Assembly (NCBI GenBank): GCA_013823985.1
Contig: PNNB01000001.1
Location: 128,739-192,738, forward strand
Length of the DNA stretch: 64,000 nt
Source of the DNA: Sphingopyxis sp.
GTDB taxonomy: Bacteria; Pseudomonadota; Alphaproteobacteria; Sphingomonadales; Sphingomonadaceae
Direction of reading: 5' to 3'
A model generated the notes under the pieces. It worked only from the letters and a program-made list of their open reading frames with translations, was not told where the DNA came from and did not search any database. A program made the translations under genes and the position numbers. Numbering within the stretch: position 1 is the first letter of the stretch; every line of letters begins with the position of its first letter. Shown here piece after piece: positions 54,130-64,000 of the stretch.

Positions 54130-57006
54130 ATGCGTAAATTCTCCCAAGCTCTCGCCCTCGCAGCCTTGCTGCTATCCTCCACTGCCTATGCCGAAACCGC
54201 TGCTCCGGTCGCGTCGGCTGCGGCCAAGCCGGTCAAACAACCCTGGTTGTACGAAGGCAGCGACGTTCCGGTCGATGAAAGCTGGACTTTCGGCGTGCTG
54301 CCCAACGGTTTGCGCTATGCGGTCAAGAAAAATGATGTCCCGGCTGGCCAAGTCTCCATCCGCGTGCGGATCGACGCCGGTGCCTTGCACGAAAATAACG
54401 AAGAGCAGGGCTTTGCGCATCTGATCGAGCATCTGTCTTTCCGGGGGTCAACTTTCGTACCCGATGGTGAGGCAAAGCGGATTTGGCAACGTTTCGGTGT
54501 GACATTCGGCAGCGACAGCAACGCGCAAACGACGCCCACGCAGACCGTCTATAAACTCGACCTCCCGAACGCGACGCCTGAAAAACTGGACGAGTCGGTC
54601 AAGATTATCTCTGGTATGATCCGCAATCCCCGTATTTCGGAAACCGCGCTGAATGCCGAACGATCGATCGTACTGGCCGAATTACGTGAAAACAGCGGTG
54701 CGCAACTGATCTACAGCGACGCCTTGCGGCAGCATGCCTTTCAGGGCCAGCGGCTTGCCAACCGGTCGACGATCGGCACGCCCGAAACCCTGCATGCGGC
54801 AAGTGCACAGGCGTTGAACGCGTTTCACGACCGCTGGTATCGCCCGGAAAATGCCGTAATTGTGATGGCAGGGGATATGGAACCTGCCCAACTGGCCAAT
54901 CTGGTCCAGAAATATTTCTACGACTGGAAAGGCACAGGGCCTCGTGCGCCCGAACCCGATTTTGGCGATCCTACCCCGACGGGTACACCCACCCGCGTGC
55001 TAGTGGAGGCTACGCTTCCGACAACCGTCAGCATCGCCTATCTGCGCCCGTGGCGCAAAGTGGACGATACAATCGCTTATAACCAGCAATTGCTGGTGGA
55101 CGCGCTTGCCCTGCAAATCATCAACCGCCGCCTGGAAGTGCAGGCCCGTGGTGGCGGCAATTTCCTGTTCGCCGAAGTCGCGCAGGAAGATATCTCGCGG
55201 ACCGCAGATGCCACGCTTGTTTCGGTAACGCCGGTAGGTGACCGCTGGGAAGCCGCAACCAAAGATGTGCGCGCGGTCATCGCCGATGCCGTCGCAACGG
55301 CGCCATCCAAAGCCGACATTGACCGTGAGCTGGTTCTGTTCGGGAACGCATTGCGCACCATGCTCGACAGCTATCCATTCGAAGCGGCGGCAAAGCAGGC
55401 CGATGACATTGTGAATGCAGTCGACATTCGCGAAACGGTTGCCGCGCCCAAGACGGTTGTTGAAGTCTTTGAAGGCATGAAAGAAAAGTTCACGCCCGAA
55501 CGACTGCTGGCTTCCACTCAGGCGCTGTTCAAGGCCGATGCCACGCGGCTCATGCTCTCGTCTCCCGCACCAGTTGCCAATGCCGATAACCGGGCACTGG
55601 CCGCGTTGCAGGGTCCTGTCGCGGCCAATACCGGCGCGCGTCTGGCCAGCAATTCACTTGGTTTTGATGCGTTGCCAAAGCTCGGCGCGCCCGGAAAACT
55701 GGTAAGCGAGGACATGGTTTCGCGATTGGAAATGACCAGACTGGAGCTTTCCAACGGTGTCCGCGCCTTGCTTTATCCGAACAAGGCCGAGAGCGGACAG
55801 ATCCGAGTCCTGGTCCGTTTCGGTAAAGGATATCAGTCAGTCACACCGGCGAACGGGCGGCTTCTATGGGCAGGGCCCTATGTGTTGCCCGAAAACGGCA
55901 TTGGAAAGCTGAAGCGCACCGATATCGACCAGATGGTCAACGGTCGCCGTATCGAACTGAACTTCGCCATCGATGACGACGCCTTCGAATTTGCGGCCAA
56001 TACGCGGCCCGATGATCTGGCCGATCAATTGACCCTGATCGCGACAAAGCTTGAGCATCCCGGTTGGGACGCCGCACCTGTGGAACGTGCAAAAGCGCTG
56101 GCAACATCGGGCTATGACAGTTTTGAAATGTCCGCGACCTCGGTTTTGCAGCGTGACCTTGAATATCTTCTGCGGAGCAAAGACCCACGTTGGAAGGCCG
56201 CCGCACCTGCTGAAATCGCAAAGATCGATGCGGCATCCTTTCAGGCCTATTGGGCACCATTGCTCTCGCAAGGACCGATCGAAGTGATGCTTTTCGGCGA
56301 TTTTGACAAGGCGGCGGCTGTCGCGGCGCTGGAAAAGAGCTTCGGCGCATTGCGTCCACGCGCACTGGCTGCGGTTGCACCGGCTGCAAAAACCCTCAGT
56401 TTCCCGGCACCGGTTGCCGCGCCGCTTCGCCTGACCCATAAGGGTTCATCGGATCAGGCTGCTGCCGTCATGGCATGGCCAACCGGCGGCGGTATTGCGG
56501 GGATCACGGAAGGGCGGCAGCTTGAAATATTGGCCGCGGTATTCCGCGACCGTTTGTTCGAGAAATTCCGCGCCGAACAGGCTGCCAGCTACAGCCCCGA
56601 TATGGCCGCAAGCTGGCCGAAGGATTTCAACAGCGGTGGCTATTTGATGGCGTATACGACCGTGAAGCCTGCGGATGTCGAGCGCTTCTTCGATTTTGCC
56701 AACGAGGTTGCGGCTGATCTGTCCGCCAATCCGGTCAGCGCCGATGAATTGCAACGGGCGGTTGAGCCTATGAAGCAGGCTGTCGAGCGCGCCGCATCGG
56801 GCAATACATTCTGGCTGAACCAGCTCAAGGGGGCGACCTACGATCAAACCCGTTTTGCAGCCTTGGGCCGACTTTACAGCGACTATACCGAGGTGACGCC
56901 AGGGCAGTTGCAGGCCTTGGCCCAACGCTATTTTGTCAAAGACAAGGCGTGGAAGCTGGTGGTCGGACCTCAAGCAGGCGGAGCCGCTCAGGCGGTGTCG
57001 CGATAG
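54130..57006 (+). CDS. Exported M16 family zinc protease (PqqL-like)
   Basis: Signal peptide, L.NGLRY, inverted zincin HLIEH, NAQT...TVY and ER.IVLAE; second half contains L.NGVR. Confidence 0.93.
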   Translation: MRKFSQALALAALLLSSTAYAETAAPVASAAAKPVKQPWLYEGSDVPVDESWTFGVLPNGLRYAVKKNDVPAGQVSIRVRIDAGALHENNEEQGFAHLIEHLSFRGSTFVPDGEAKRIWQRFGVTFGSDSNAQTTPTQTVYKLDLPNATPEKLDESVKIISGMIRNPRISETALNAERSIVLAELRENSGAQLIYSDALRQHAFQGQRLANRSTIGTPETLHAASAQALNAFHDRWYRPENAVIVMAGDMEPAQLANLVQKYFYDWKGTGPRAPEPDFGDPTPTGTPTRVLVEATLPTTVSIAYLRPWRKVDDTIAYNQQLLVDALALQIINRRLEVQARGGGNFLFAEVAQEDISRTADATLVSVTPVGDRWEAATKDVRAVIADAVATAPSKADIDRELVLFGNALRTMLDSYPFEAAAKQADDIVNAVDIRETVAAPKTVVEVFEGMKEKFTPERLLASTQALFKADATRLMLSSPAPVANADNRALAALQGPVAANTGARLASNSLGFDALPKLGAPGKLVSEDMVSRLEMTRLELSNGVRALLYPNKAESGQIRVLVRFGKGYQSVTPANGRLLWAGPYVLPENGIGKLKRTDIDQMVNGRRIELNFAIDDDAFEFAANTRPDDLADQLTLIATKLEHPGWDAAPVERAKALATSGYDSFEMSATSVLQRDLEYLLRSKDPRWKAAAPAEIAKIDAASFQAYWAPLLSQGPIEVMLFGDFDKAAAVAALEKSFGALRPRALAAVAPAAKTLSFPAPVAAPLRLTHKGSSDQAAAVMAWPTGGGIAGITEGRQLEILAAVFRDRLFEKFRAEQAASYSPDMAASWPKDFNSGGYLMAYTTVKPADVERFFDFANEVAADLSANPVSADELQRAVEPMKQAVERAASGNTFWLNQLKGATYDQTRFAALGRLYSDYTEVTPGQLQALAQRYFVKDKAWKLVVGPQAGGAAQAVSR

Positions 57007-57046
57007 AGGTCACGAAATGGCCTTGCTGCGCGCAAGGCCAGACCGG

Positions 57047-57442
57047 CTAACCCGGGAAACGGTCGAACTTCGGCAGATCTTCCAGCCCCAATGTCCATCC
57101 CAATTGTTCGGCCGCTTGGACGTGCAATTGGGGTGCTAGTGCCTCGGGATTGTCCAAGGTGCAGGTTTGAATATCGACCAGGCCGGGCAAAGCCTCTTCA
57201 TTCACATAATAGAGTCCCGTCCCGCATCGGGCGCAAAAATGGCGGACGGCATGGGTTGAGGACGCATAGGCCTTTATGTCGCCACTGGATTCAAAATCAG
57301 TGGACGAAAATGCAGCCCAACTGACAAAAGGCGCGCCGGAACAGCGGCGGCAGTCGTCGCAATGGCATACCGAAACATGCTGCGGCGTGCCGCGCGCTTT
57401 ATATCGTGAAACGCCGCAATGGCAGCCGCCTTCAACCTGCAT
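57047..57442 (-). CDS. GFA/CENP-V family Zn protein
   Basis: GGCHCG, CHCDDCRR, R.FC..CGT and H......W. Confidence 0.92.
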   Translation of the reverse strand: MQVEGGCHCGVSRYKARGTPQHVSVCHCDDCRRCSGAPFVSWAAFSSTDFESSGDIKAYASSTHAVRHFCARCGTGLYYVNEEALPGLVDIQTCTLDNPEALAPQLHVQAAEQLGWTLGLEDLPKFDRFPG

Positions 57443-57491
57443 CTTCCGCCTCCTTCAGATTGCTAGTTTCATAGCAAATCCGAAGGAACAT

Positions 57492-58793
57492 TTAAAGAAC
57501 ATATTTGGAAAGGTCGGTGTCCTTGGCAATGCCTGACAGCTGTTTGGAAACATATGCGGCATCGATGGTCAGCGTTTCACCCTTGCGATCTTCCGCCTCA
57601 AAGCTGATTTCCTCGAGCAACTTTTCCATCACGGTCTGCAAGCGGCGGGCGCCGATATTTTCGACCGTGGCGTTCACATCGACAGCAATGCGCGCAATCG
57701 CGTCGATGGCGTCGTCGGTGAATTCAAGGGACACTTCTTCCGTCGCCATCAGGGCCTTATACTGCTGCGGCAGATTTGCCCGGGTTTCGGACAAGATGCG
57801 GACGAAATCGGCATGCTCCAGCGCGCGCAACTCGACGCGGATGGGCAGGCGGCCCTGCAGTTCGGGAAGCATGTCGCTCGGCTTCGACACGTGGAACGCG
57901 CCGGACGCGATGAAGAGAACATGGTCGGTTTTCATCGGACCATATTTGGTCGCGACGGTGGTGCCTTCAATGAGCGGCAGCAAATCGCGCTGCACACCCT
58001 CACGGCTCACCGATCCGCCACGCACGTCGGACACGGCGATCTTGTCGATCTCGTCGAGAAAGACGATGCCATTTGCCTCTGCATCGGCCAGCGCAACGCG
58101 GTTTACATCGTCCTGATCCAGCCGCTTTTCGGATTCCTCTTCAACCAGCTTTGCCCATGCATCGGGCACCTTCATCTTGCGGCGCTTCAGATTGTTCTGA
58201 CCAAAGGCCTTGCCCATCATTTCGCTCAGGTTGATCATGCCGACATTGCCACCCATGCCGGGTATTTCCATGGGTACAGACGGGCTATCGGCCACCTCGA
58301 TCTCGATTTCCACATCGTCCATATGCCGGTCGCGAATGCGCTGGCGAAATGCTTCGCGTGTCGCCTCGCTGGCGGTATCTCCAGCGAGGGGTTTCAGGAT
58401 ACGCTCCATAGCCGCAGCTTCCGCCGCTTCGCGTACATTTCCGCGGCGACGGTCTTTCTCGAGCCGGACGGCCTCTTCAGCCAGATCGCGGGCAATCTGC
58501 TCGACGTCGCGGCCGACATAGCCAACCTCGGTAAATTTCGTCGCTTCAACCTTGATGAAGGGCGCATCGGCAAGCTTTGCAAGGCGGCGGCTGATTTCGG
58601 TTTTGCCGCAGCCTGTGGGGCCGATCATCAGGATGTTTTTCGGCGTAACCTCGTCGCGCAGGTCAGCACCCAGCCGCTGGCGCCGCCAACGGTTACGCAA
58701 GGCGACGGCGACGGCCTTTTTGGCATCGGCCTGACCGATGATATGCTCGTCTAGGGCAGCCACAATGGCTTTAGGGGTAAGGTTCTGGCTCAT
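57492..58793 (-). CDS. hslU: ATP-dependent protease ATPase subunit HslU
   Basis: [42 protein letters not shown] and ENIGARRL. Confidence 0.99.
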   Translation of the reverse strand: MSQNLTPKAIVAALDEHIIGQADAKKAVAVALRNRWRRQRLGADLRDEVTPKNILMIGPTGCGKTEISRRLAKLADAPFIKVEATKFTEVGYVGRDVEQIARDLAEEAVRLEKDRRRGNVREAAEAAAMERILKPLAGDTASEATREAFRQRIRDRHMDDVEIEIEVADSPSVPMEIPGMGGNVGMINLSEMMGKAFGQNNLKRRKMKVPDAWAKLVEEESEKRLDQDDVNRVALADAEANGIVFLDEIDKIAVSDVRGGSVSREGVQRDLLPLIEGTTVATKYGPMKTDHVLFIASGAFHVSKPSDMLPELQGRLPIRVELRALEHADFVRILSETRANLPQQYKALMATEEVSLEFTDDAIDAIARIAVDVNATVENIGARRLQTVMEKLLEEISFEAEDRKGETLTIDAAYVSKQLSGIAKDTDLSKYVL

Positions 58794-58818
58794 TTTAGAT
58801 GGTTCCAAAGGAAAAGGT

Positions 58819-59385
58819 TCAGGCGATCGAGTCCATGACTTCGACCGTCAGTTGGTCATTAGTGTAGACGCAAATTTCAGCGGCGATTTTCATGGCGTGA
58901 CGCGCCAGTTTTTCGGCATCCGCCTCATAGTCCACCAGTGCGCGGGCGGCAGACAGCGCGAAGTTCCCGCCGGAGCCAATCGCGGCGATGCCGTCATTGG
59001 GTTCCAGCACATCACCATTCCCGGTCAGGATCAGCGTCACGTCCTTGTCGGCGACGATCATCATCGCTTCGAGGTTGCGGAGATATTTGTCCGTGCGCCA
59101 GTCCTTGGCAAGGTCGACCGCCGCGCGCATCAACTGGCCGCGATGCTGTTCCAGCTTGCGCTCCAGCCGTTCGAACAGGGTGAAGGCATCTGCCGTCGCG
59201 CCGGCAAAGCCGCCGATGACCGAGCCATCGTGCAGTTGGCGCACCTTGCGCGCATTGGGTTTCATGACGGTTTGACCCATCGACACCTGACCGTCGCCAG
59301 CGATGACGACCTTGCCATTTTTACGGACCGACAAGATTGTCGTGCCATACCATGTCGTGGGGTTGTTATGTGCGTGATTATCCAT
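58819..59385 (-). CDS. hslV: ATP-dependent protease subunit HslV
   Basis: GTTILSVRK (catalytic Thr after a short propeptide), [16 protein letters not shown] and IGSGG. Confidence 0.98.
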   Translation of the reverse strand: MDNHAHNNPTTWYGTTILSVRKNGKVVIAGDGQVSMGQTVMKPNARKVRQLHDGSVIGGFAGATADAFTLFERLERKLEQHRGQLMRAAVDLAKDWRTDKYLRNLEAMMIVADKDVTLILTGNGDVLEPNDGIAAIGSGGNFALSAARALVDYEADAEKLARHAMKIAAEICVYTNDQLTVEVMDSIA

Positions 59386-59432
59386 GGGCCGGATATGGTG
59401 TTGCCCAAGGCGGTGTTCAAGCGGAGATTGGT

Positions 59433-60437
59433 TTAGCCCCTGCGCTCATCCAATTGACGTTCCCACGCCAGCGCGTGCTGCACGATGGTATCCAGATCGT
59501 CATATTTGGGCTGCCAGCCAAAGCGGCTGATGATGCCGCGGTTGTCCGAGATAAGCGAATCGGGGTCGCCTGCGCGGCGCCCTTCCAGATTGCGCACCAA
59601 TTTGATGTTGGTCACCCGGTCGACGGCATCGAGAACCTGCAGCACCGAATAGCCATGGCCATAGCCGCAATTCAGCGTGTGGCTTGTCTTGGGGTCCGCA
59701 AGCAGCGCCTCCAGCGCGATGACATGCGCTGCGGCAAGGTCGGCGACGTGGATATAATCGCGCACGCCCGTGCCGTCTTCCGTGTCATAGTCGGTGCCAT
59801 AGACGCCGACGCTGGCGCGTTTGCCAAGCGCGGCTTCGACCGCGATCTTGATCAGATGGGTCGCGCCAACCGTAGATTGGCCGCTGCGCCCTTTGGGATC
59901 TGCACCTGCGACATTGAAGTAACGTAGCGCGCAATAGTTGAAATCATGGACGGCCGCGACATCGCGCAGCATAAATTCGGTCATGAGCTTGGACGTGCCA
60001 TAGGGATTGATGGGCAGCGTCGGCATATCCTCGCGCACCGGGCTTTCCTTGGGAATGCCATATGTCGCAGCTGTCGACGAGAAGATCATGTGCCGGATCC
60101 CGGCGTTGATCACCGATTCGATCAGCGACCGGGTTTTGGCGGTATTGTTGTGGTAATATTTGAGCGGATTTTCGACTGATTCCGGAACCACGATCGATCC
60201 GGCAAAATGCATGACGGCCTGAATACCTTCTTTTTCGAAGATTTCCGCGACCAGATCCTGGTCGGATATGTCGCCTTCGTAAAAGGGCGTGCCTTCGGCA
60301 ACGGCCCAGCGGAAGCCGGTGACGAGATTGTCGATCACGACAGGGCGATGACCTGCGTCCAACAGTGCAAGAACCGCATGGCTGCCAATATATCCCGCGC
60401 CGCCTGTCACCAGTACGTTCAGCTTCTCGCTCATCAA
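59433..60437 (-). CDS. galE: UDP-glucose 4-epimerase
   Basis: [15 protein letters not shown]...[26 protein letters not shown] and RDYIHV.DLA. Confidence 0.96.
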   Translation of the reverse strand: MMSEKLNVLVTGGAGYIGSHAVLALLDAGHRPVVIDNLVTGFRWAVAEGTPFYEGDISDQDLVAEIFEKEGIQAVMHFAGSIVVPESVENPLKYYHNNTAKTRSLIESVINAGIRHMIFSSTAATYGIPKESPVREDMPTLPINPYGTSKLMTEFMLRDVAAVHDFNYCALRYFNVAGADPKGRSGQSTVGATHLIKIAVEAALGKRASVGVYGTDYDTEDGTGVRDYIHVADLAAAHVIALEALLADPKTSHTLNCGYGHGYSVLQVLDAVDRVTNIKLVRNLEGRRAGDPDSLISDNRGIISRFGWQPKYDDLDTIVQHALAWERQLDERRG

Positions 60438-60502
60438 CCATTACTCCTAGTGCGGGGGCGTATCCAATGCGCAGGCATTAGCTAAATTGTTTAAACGGCA
60501 GG

Positions 60503-60534
60503 TAAAAAAAAGGCGACCCGAAGGCCGCCTTTTC
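60503..60534 (-). terminator. Rho-independent terminator of the small exported protein gene
   Basis: Minus strand reads aaaaggcggcc-ttcg-ggtcgcc followed by a long T run. Confidence 0.85.
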
Positions 60535-60555
60535 TAATTCCAAAACCTGAAGAAC

Positions 60556-60813
60556 TCAGGGGCTGGTGGGTGCGTCGTCGTCGTTGCCAGCAGCAATTAC
60601 GATGCCGCCTACAACAGCAACAGCAGCCAGAACAGCGACGATAACGCCACTGCCACCGCCGAGCTTGCTTTCTTCCTTGGTTGCGGCGCCAGCGCGCTTT
60701 ACCTTGGAAGCTGCAACCGCCTTAACGGAAGGCGAAAGTGATTCAGCCATTACGGGGGCGCTTGCAAGTGCAGCGGCCGCAACAGCAGCGAGGGAAATCT
60801 TACCGAAACGCAT
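60556..60813 (-). CDS. Small protein (85 aa): signal peptide, basic linker, C-terminal TM and acidic tail
   Basis: AGGAG SD. MRFGKISLAAVAAAALASAPVMA...GGGSGVIVAVLAAVAVVGGIVIAAGNDDDAPTSP; has its own terminator. Confidence 0.8.
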   Translation of the reverse strand: MRFGKISLAAVAAAALASAPVMAESLSPSVKAVAASKVKRAGAATKEESKLGGGSGVIVAVLAAVAVVGGIVIAAGNDDDAPTSP

Positions 60814-61025
60814 TATTGTGCTCCTTTTTTTGCGAAGTGCAGTGCACTCGGCAGTGTCATTTGCACAATGCACCTTTAAATTCAAGCATAGAATTGGAAA
60901 GCACCGCAAAAATGTCTCAATTTATCGGAGTGTTGCATATTTCATACAATATAGCGGACAAGTCTAATGGGCATGTTATTAACTATCTTTGACCGGAGTT
61001 TAAGTTGTCGAGCGGAGGAAAACCC

Positions 61026-61856
61026 ATGAAAGTCGCTGTTCACCAGATGTGCAGTGGGATCGATCCGCTGCTCAACGCCACAAAAATGGCCGAGGGTATT
61101 TACCAAGCCTCGGAAGAAGGGGCATCCTTTTACTTTGCTCCGGAAATGGCGATTCTTCTGGACCGTGATCGGGCACGGGCAACTCCAAATATCGTATCCG
61201 AATCAGAAAATGGGGCACTTCAGCGCGTCATGGCGGCGGCCAAAGCTTGTGGGCTTTGGGTGCACGCCGGCTCCTTGCCGGTATTGAGCGAAGGCGGGAC
61301 GAAATATGCCAATAGATCCGTTGTTATCGATCCTGAAGGTCAGGTGCGTGCCCGGTATGATAAAATGCATCTGTTCGATGTGGACCTATCTACCGGCGAA
61401 AGCTGGCGTGAATCCTCTGCATATGCGGGTGGATCGGGGCCCGTTGCCGTCCAAACACCTTTGGGCTTGTTGGGCCTGACTATTTGTTACGATTTACGAT
61501 TCCCCGATTTATACAGCGCCTATTCAAAGGCTGGCGTCGACATTCTGGCGATACCCGCCGCCTTTACCGTGCCGACCGGTCAGGCGCACTGGCATGCCAT
61601 GCTGCGTGCGCGAGCCATCGAAACGCAGACGTTCGTCATCGCTGCGGCACAAGCCGGGTCCCATGAGGATGGCCGCGCAACCTATGGCCATTCGCTGGTG
61701 GTCGATCCGTGGGGCGTAACCTTGCTGGATATGGGGGAGGGCGAGGAGCTCGGCTTTGCGACCCTGGATTTGAACCGTATCGCAGAAGTACGTGCGCAAA
61801 TCCCCGTTCATGCAAACCGGCGCACCATCGATATGCCGGTGGATGTGCATAGCTGA
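61026..61856 (+). CDS. Carbon-nitrogen hydrolase (Nit1/deaminated glutathione amidase-like)
   Basis: Catalytic triad FAPE, YDKMHLFDV and ICYDLRFP; also AFT..TG.AHW and RAIE. Confidence 0.92.
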   Translation: MKVAVHQMCSGIDPLLNATKMAEGIYQASEEGASFYFAPEMAILLDRDRARATPNIVSESENGALQRVMAAAKACGLWVHAGSLPVLSEGGTKYANRSVVIDPEGQVRARYDKMHLFDVDLSTGESWRESSAYAGGSGPVAVQTPLGLLGLTICYDLRFPDLYSAYSKAGVDILAIPAAFTVPTGQAHWHAMLRARAIETQTFVIAAAQAGSHEDGRATYGHSLVVDPWGVTLLDMGEGEELGFATLDLNRIAEVRAQIPVHANRRTIDMPVDVHS

Positions 61857-61884
61857 CCTTGACCATCCGCCATCTGCGCACCAC

Positions 61885-62109
61885 ATGCCGCGCATGGCAT
61901 GGTTTGCATCCACATTTGAGGGGCTTCAATTCTGGACATGGGCGTCCATCTTTTCCGCGTTGGTCGTAGTGATCAGTAGCTTTGCGGACTGGAAGCGGAC
62001 GCGACGTCATGACATCAACGCGGTCGGCTTTATGCCATGGACCGCGATAACGCTCTTCGCCGTGTTGGCGTCCGTGATTTCAGCCGCCTTGGCCCTTAAG
62101 GGGCTTTAG
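61885..62109 (+). CDS. Small 2-TM hypothetical protein
   Basis: Two hydrophobic helices flanking DWKRTRR.D..AVGFMPW. Start uncertain. Confidence 0.55.
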   Translation: MPRMAWFASTFEGLQFWTWASIFSALVVVISSFADWKRTRRHDINAVGFMPWTAITLFAVLASVISAALALKGL

Positions 62110-63659
62110 CCGAGGCAAGCCTCAAGGAAGGGCTGGTCAAAGCCGAACTGGCGCGCCTTTTCCAGGGTATAGGGGCGTACGCCGCCTGGGACCCATTCGC
62201 CGTGGATTTTACCATCGGCATCTTCGTCGCGATATTCGAACTTGAACAAGTCCTGCGTCACGATGACGTCGCCTTCCATACCGATTACCTCGGTAATCTG
62301 AGTCGTGCGGCGTGAACCATCGCGCAGACGCTTGACCTGTACGATCATGTCGACCGATTCGGCGATCTGGCGTGAAATGGCTTCTTTGGGGATTTTGATG
62401 TCGCCCATCAGAATCATGTTTTCCATACGGCCAAGGCATTCGCGCGGGTTGTTAGCGTGCAGCGTACACATGGAACCGTCGTGACCCGTGTTCATGGCAG
62501 CGAGAAGGTCGAAACACTCCGCGCCACGAATTTCGCCGAGGATGATGCGGTCTGGACGCATACGCAGGGCGTTCTTAACAAGGTCACCAATGGTGATCGC
62601 GCCTTCGCCCTCCAGGTTTGGCGGGCGGGTTTCAAGCGGCAGCCAATGTGGCTGCTGCAAGCGCAATTCGGCGGCGTCTTCAATCGTCAGCACGCGCTCA
62701 CCCGGGTCGATCATTTTCGACAGGGCGTTGAGCATGGTCGTTTTACCCGAACCCGTACCGCCGGAAATAACGATGTTCATCCGCGATGCACCCGCGATTT
62801 TCAACGCGGTGGCCATCGGTTCCGACATGGAGCCGAAGCCTTTGAGCATGTCGATGGTGATGGGCTTTTCGGAAAACTTACGAATCGAGATGGCCGTTCC
62901 GCGTAGCGAAAGCGGCGGCACAATGACGTTCACACGCGAACCGTCTTTCAAACGGGCGTCGGCAAGCGGCGTTGTCTGGTCGACACGGCGGCCGACCTGG
63001 TTCACGATGCGCTGGGCAATCTGGAACAAATGCTCTTCATCGCGGAACTGGATGGGCGCGATTTGCAGCTTGCCCTTCTTTTCGATGTAGGTCTGCAGCG
63101 GGCCGTTCACCATGATATCGGAGATATCGGGATCGCCGAGCAATTCTTCGAGCGGACCGAAACCGAGAAGTTCGTCCACCAGCACCTTTTCAAGTGCAAA
63201 TTGTTCACGCCGGTTCAGCGTCAGCTTCAGCTCAGCCAACACTTCAAGGATGATCGGACGGAATTCTTCGGTCAGCTCTTCCTTGTTGAGCGAAGCTGCA
63301 GCCTCAGGATCAACGCGTTCCAGCAGACGGGGAAGCACCTGTTCCTTGATCTTGTGAACCGAGGCTTCAAATCCTTGGGGGCCTTCATCGACGGGTGCAA
63401 CCGAGGTCGCACGTTCCGACAAGCGGGACATGGCGTCCTGCATGGGCGTTTGCGGTACAGGGGTGGCACCCGGTAAATCTACGGAATGCAGAGGTGGAAA
63501 CTGTTCGCCGCCCTCAGGGACCTGAGGTTCAGGTATAGGCGTCGGCGCGGGTTGCGGCGTTTGATTCGTAGAAGACGAACCGCCGCCCGTCATGGGCCGC
63601 GCAACGCCGAATGAAGGGCGTCCCGGTGTTAGGCCTGGTTTCTTGCCAAATGCACTCAC
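62106..63659 (-). CDS. cpaF: Tad/Cpa pilus assembly ATPase (CpaF/TadA family)
   Basis: GFGPLE.LL.D..ISDIMVNG, DARL.DGSRVN, Walker A GGTGSGKTT, RMRPDRII.GEIRG and His box GHDGS..TLH. GTG start 63659 inferred. Confidence 0.93.
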   Translation of the reverse strand: MSAFGKKPGLTPGRPSFGVARPMTGGGSSSTNQTPQPAPTPIPEPQVPEGGEQFPPLHSVDLPGATPVPQTPMQDAMSRLSERATSVAPVDEGPQGFEASVHKIKEQVLPRLLERVDPEAAASLNKEELTEEFRPIILEVLAELKLTLNRREQFALEKVLVDELLGFGPLEELLGDPDISDIMVNGPLQTYIEKKGKLQIAPIQFRDEEHLFQIAQRIVNQVGRRVDQTTPLADARLKDGSRVNVIVPPLSLRGTAISIRKFSEKPITIDMLKGFGSMSEPMATALKIAGASRMNIVISGGTGSGKTTMLNALSKMIDPGERVLTIEDAAELRLQQPHWLPLETRPPNLEGEGAITIGDLVKNALRMRPDRIILGEIRGAECFDLLAAMNTGHDGSMCTLHANNPRECLGRMENMILMGDIKIPKEAISRQIAESVDMIVQVKRLRDGSRRTTQITEVIGMEGDVIVTQDLFKFEYRDEDADGKIHGEWVPGGVRPYTLEKARQFGFDQPFLEACLG

Positions 63660-63827
63660 AGCTTTTCCGCTCCGATTTAATCCAGTTGCAACGTAAATGG
63701 TTGCTACCTGCAAATGGTGAATAAATTGGTAATGCTATCGATCAGCCATGTCGTTTCGGCATGTTGCATTGTCCTTTCCATGACCACGACGTCGCATTAA
63801 GGCGGCTGCAGGTTTAGGGAAATTTAC

Positions 63828-64000
63828 GTGCACACTCATTCGGCCCGTTCGGGCCTGCTTTTTGCCTTATGTGGCTTTGCTTTGCTGTCATGCGGCGATG
63901 CCGTGATCAAATCGATCGCCGGTGCGTGGCCGGGAACAGCCGTCGCCGCACTGCGCTATTCGGTCGGCGCGACGGGGCTTGGCCTATTCCTGCTGATCAA
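63828..64000 (+). CDS. DMT/EamA family transporter, N-terminal part (runs off the window)
   Basis: Hand translation from GTG 63828: [47 protein letters not shown]..., typical of the first DMT helices. Confidence 0.75.
   Translation, partial: MHTHSARSGLLFALCGFALLSCGDAVIKSIAGAWPGTAVAALRYSVGATGLGLFLLI

Overview
A 64-kb chromosomal segment from a moderately GC-rich alphaproteobacterium. Gene content (crtY-crtI-LOG-crtB, crtG-like hydroxylase, TonB receptor, orphan cpaF, EcfG-type promoters) points to Sphingomonadaceae; this is inference, not a database result. Core genes include glyQ/glyS, ppdK, tRNA-Arg(ACG), queC/queE, pmbA, a divergent carotenoid locus, yqiJ/yqiK flotillin, a SqrR/BigR persulfide-detox module, TPP riboswitch-thiC, M17 aminopeptidase, NlpC/P60, argC, an Xre/RES toxin-antitoxin pair, map, an M16 protease, hslVU, galE and cpaF. 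An accessory stretch at about 33-47 kb encodes exported proteins of unknown function and stress genes. I saw no CRISPR array, integrase, transposase or prophage. The most notable observations are: (1) a CGTC-ended palindromic element inserted in frame in glyS, with a sister copy intergenic at 38.55-38.70 kb; (2) a 132-aa protein that looks like a miniaturised HD-GYP scaffold lacking its catalytic residues; (3) three GGAAC-N16/17-(C/G/A)GTT promoter motifs marking a local general-stress gene set; (4) a 50-aa membrane protein gene missed by the ORF track; (5) a ParA/MBL-hydrolase/CrtG/DUF2141/MipA operon divergent from the crt genes. All family assignments come from recognising motifs by eye; no searches were run.
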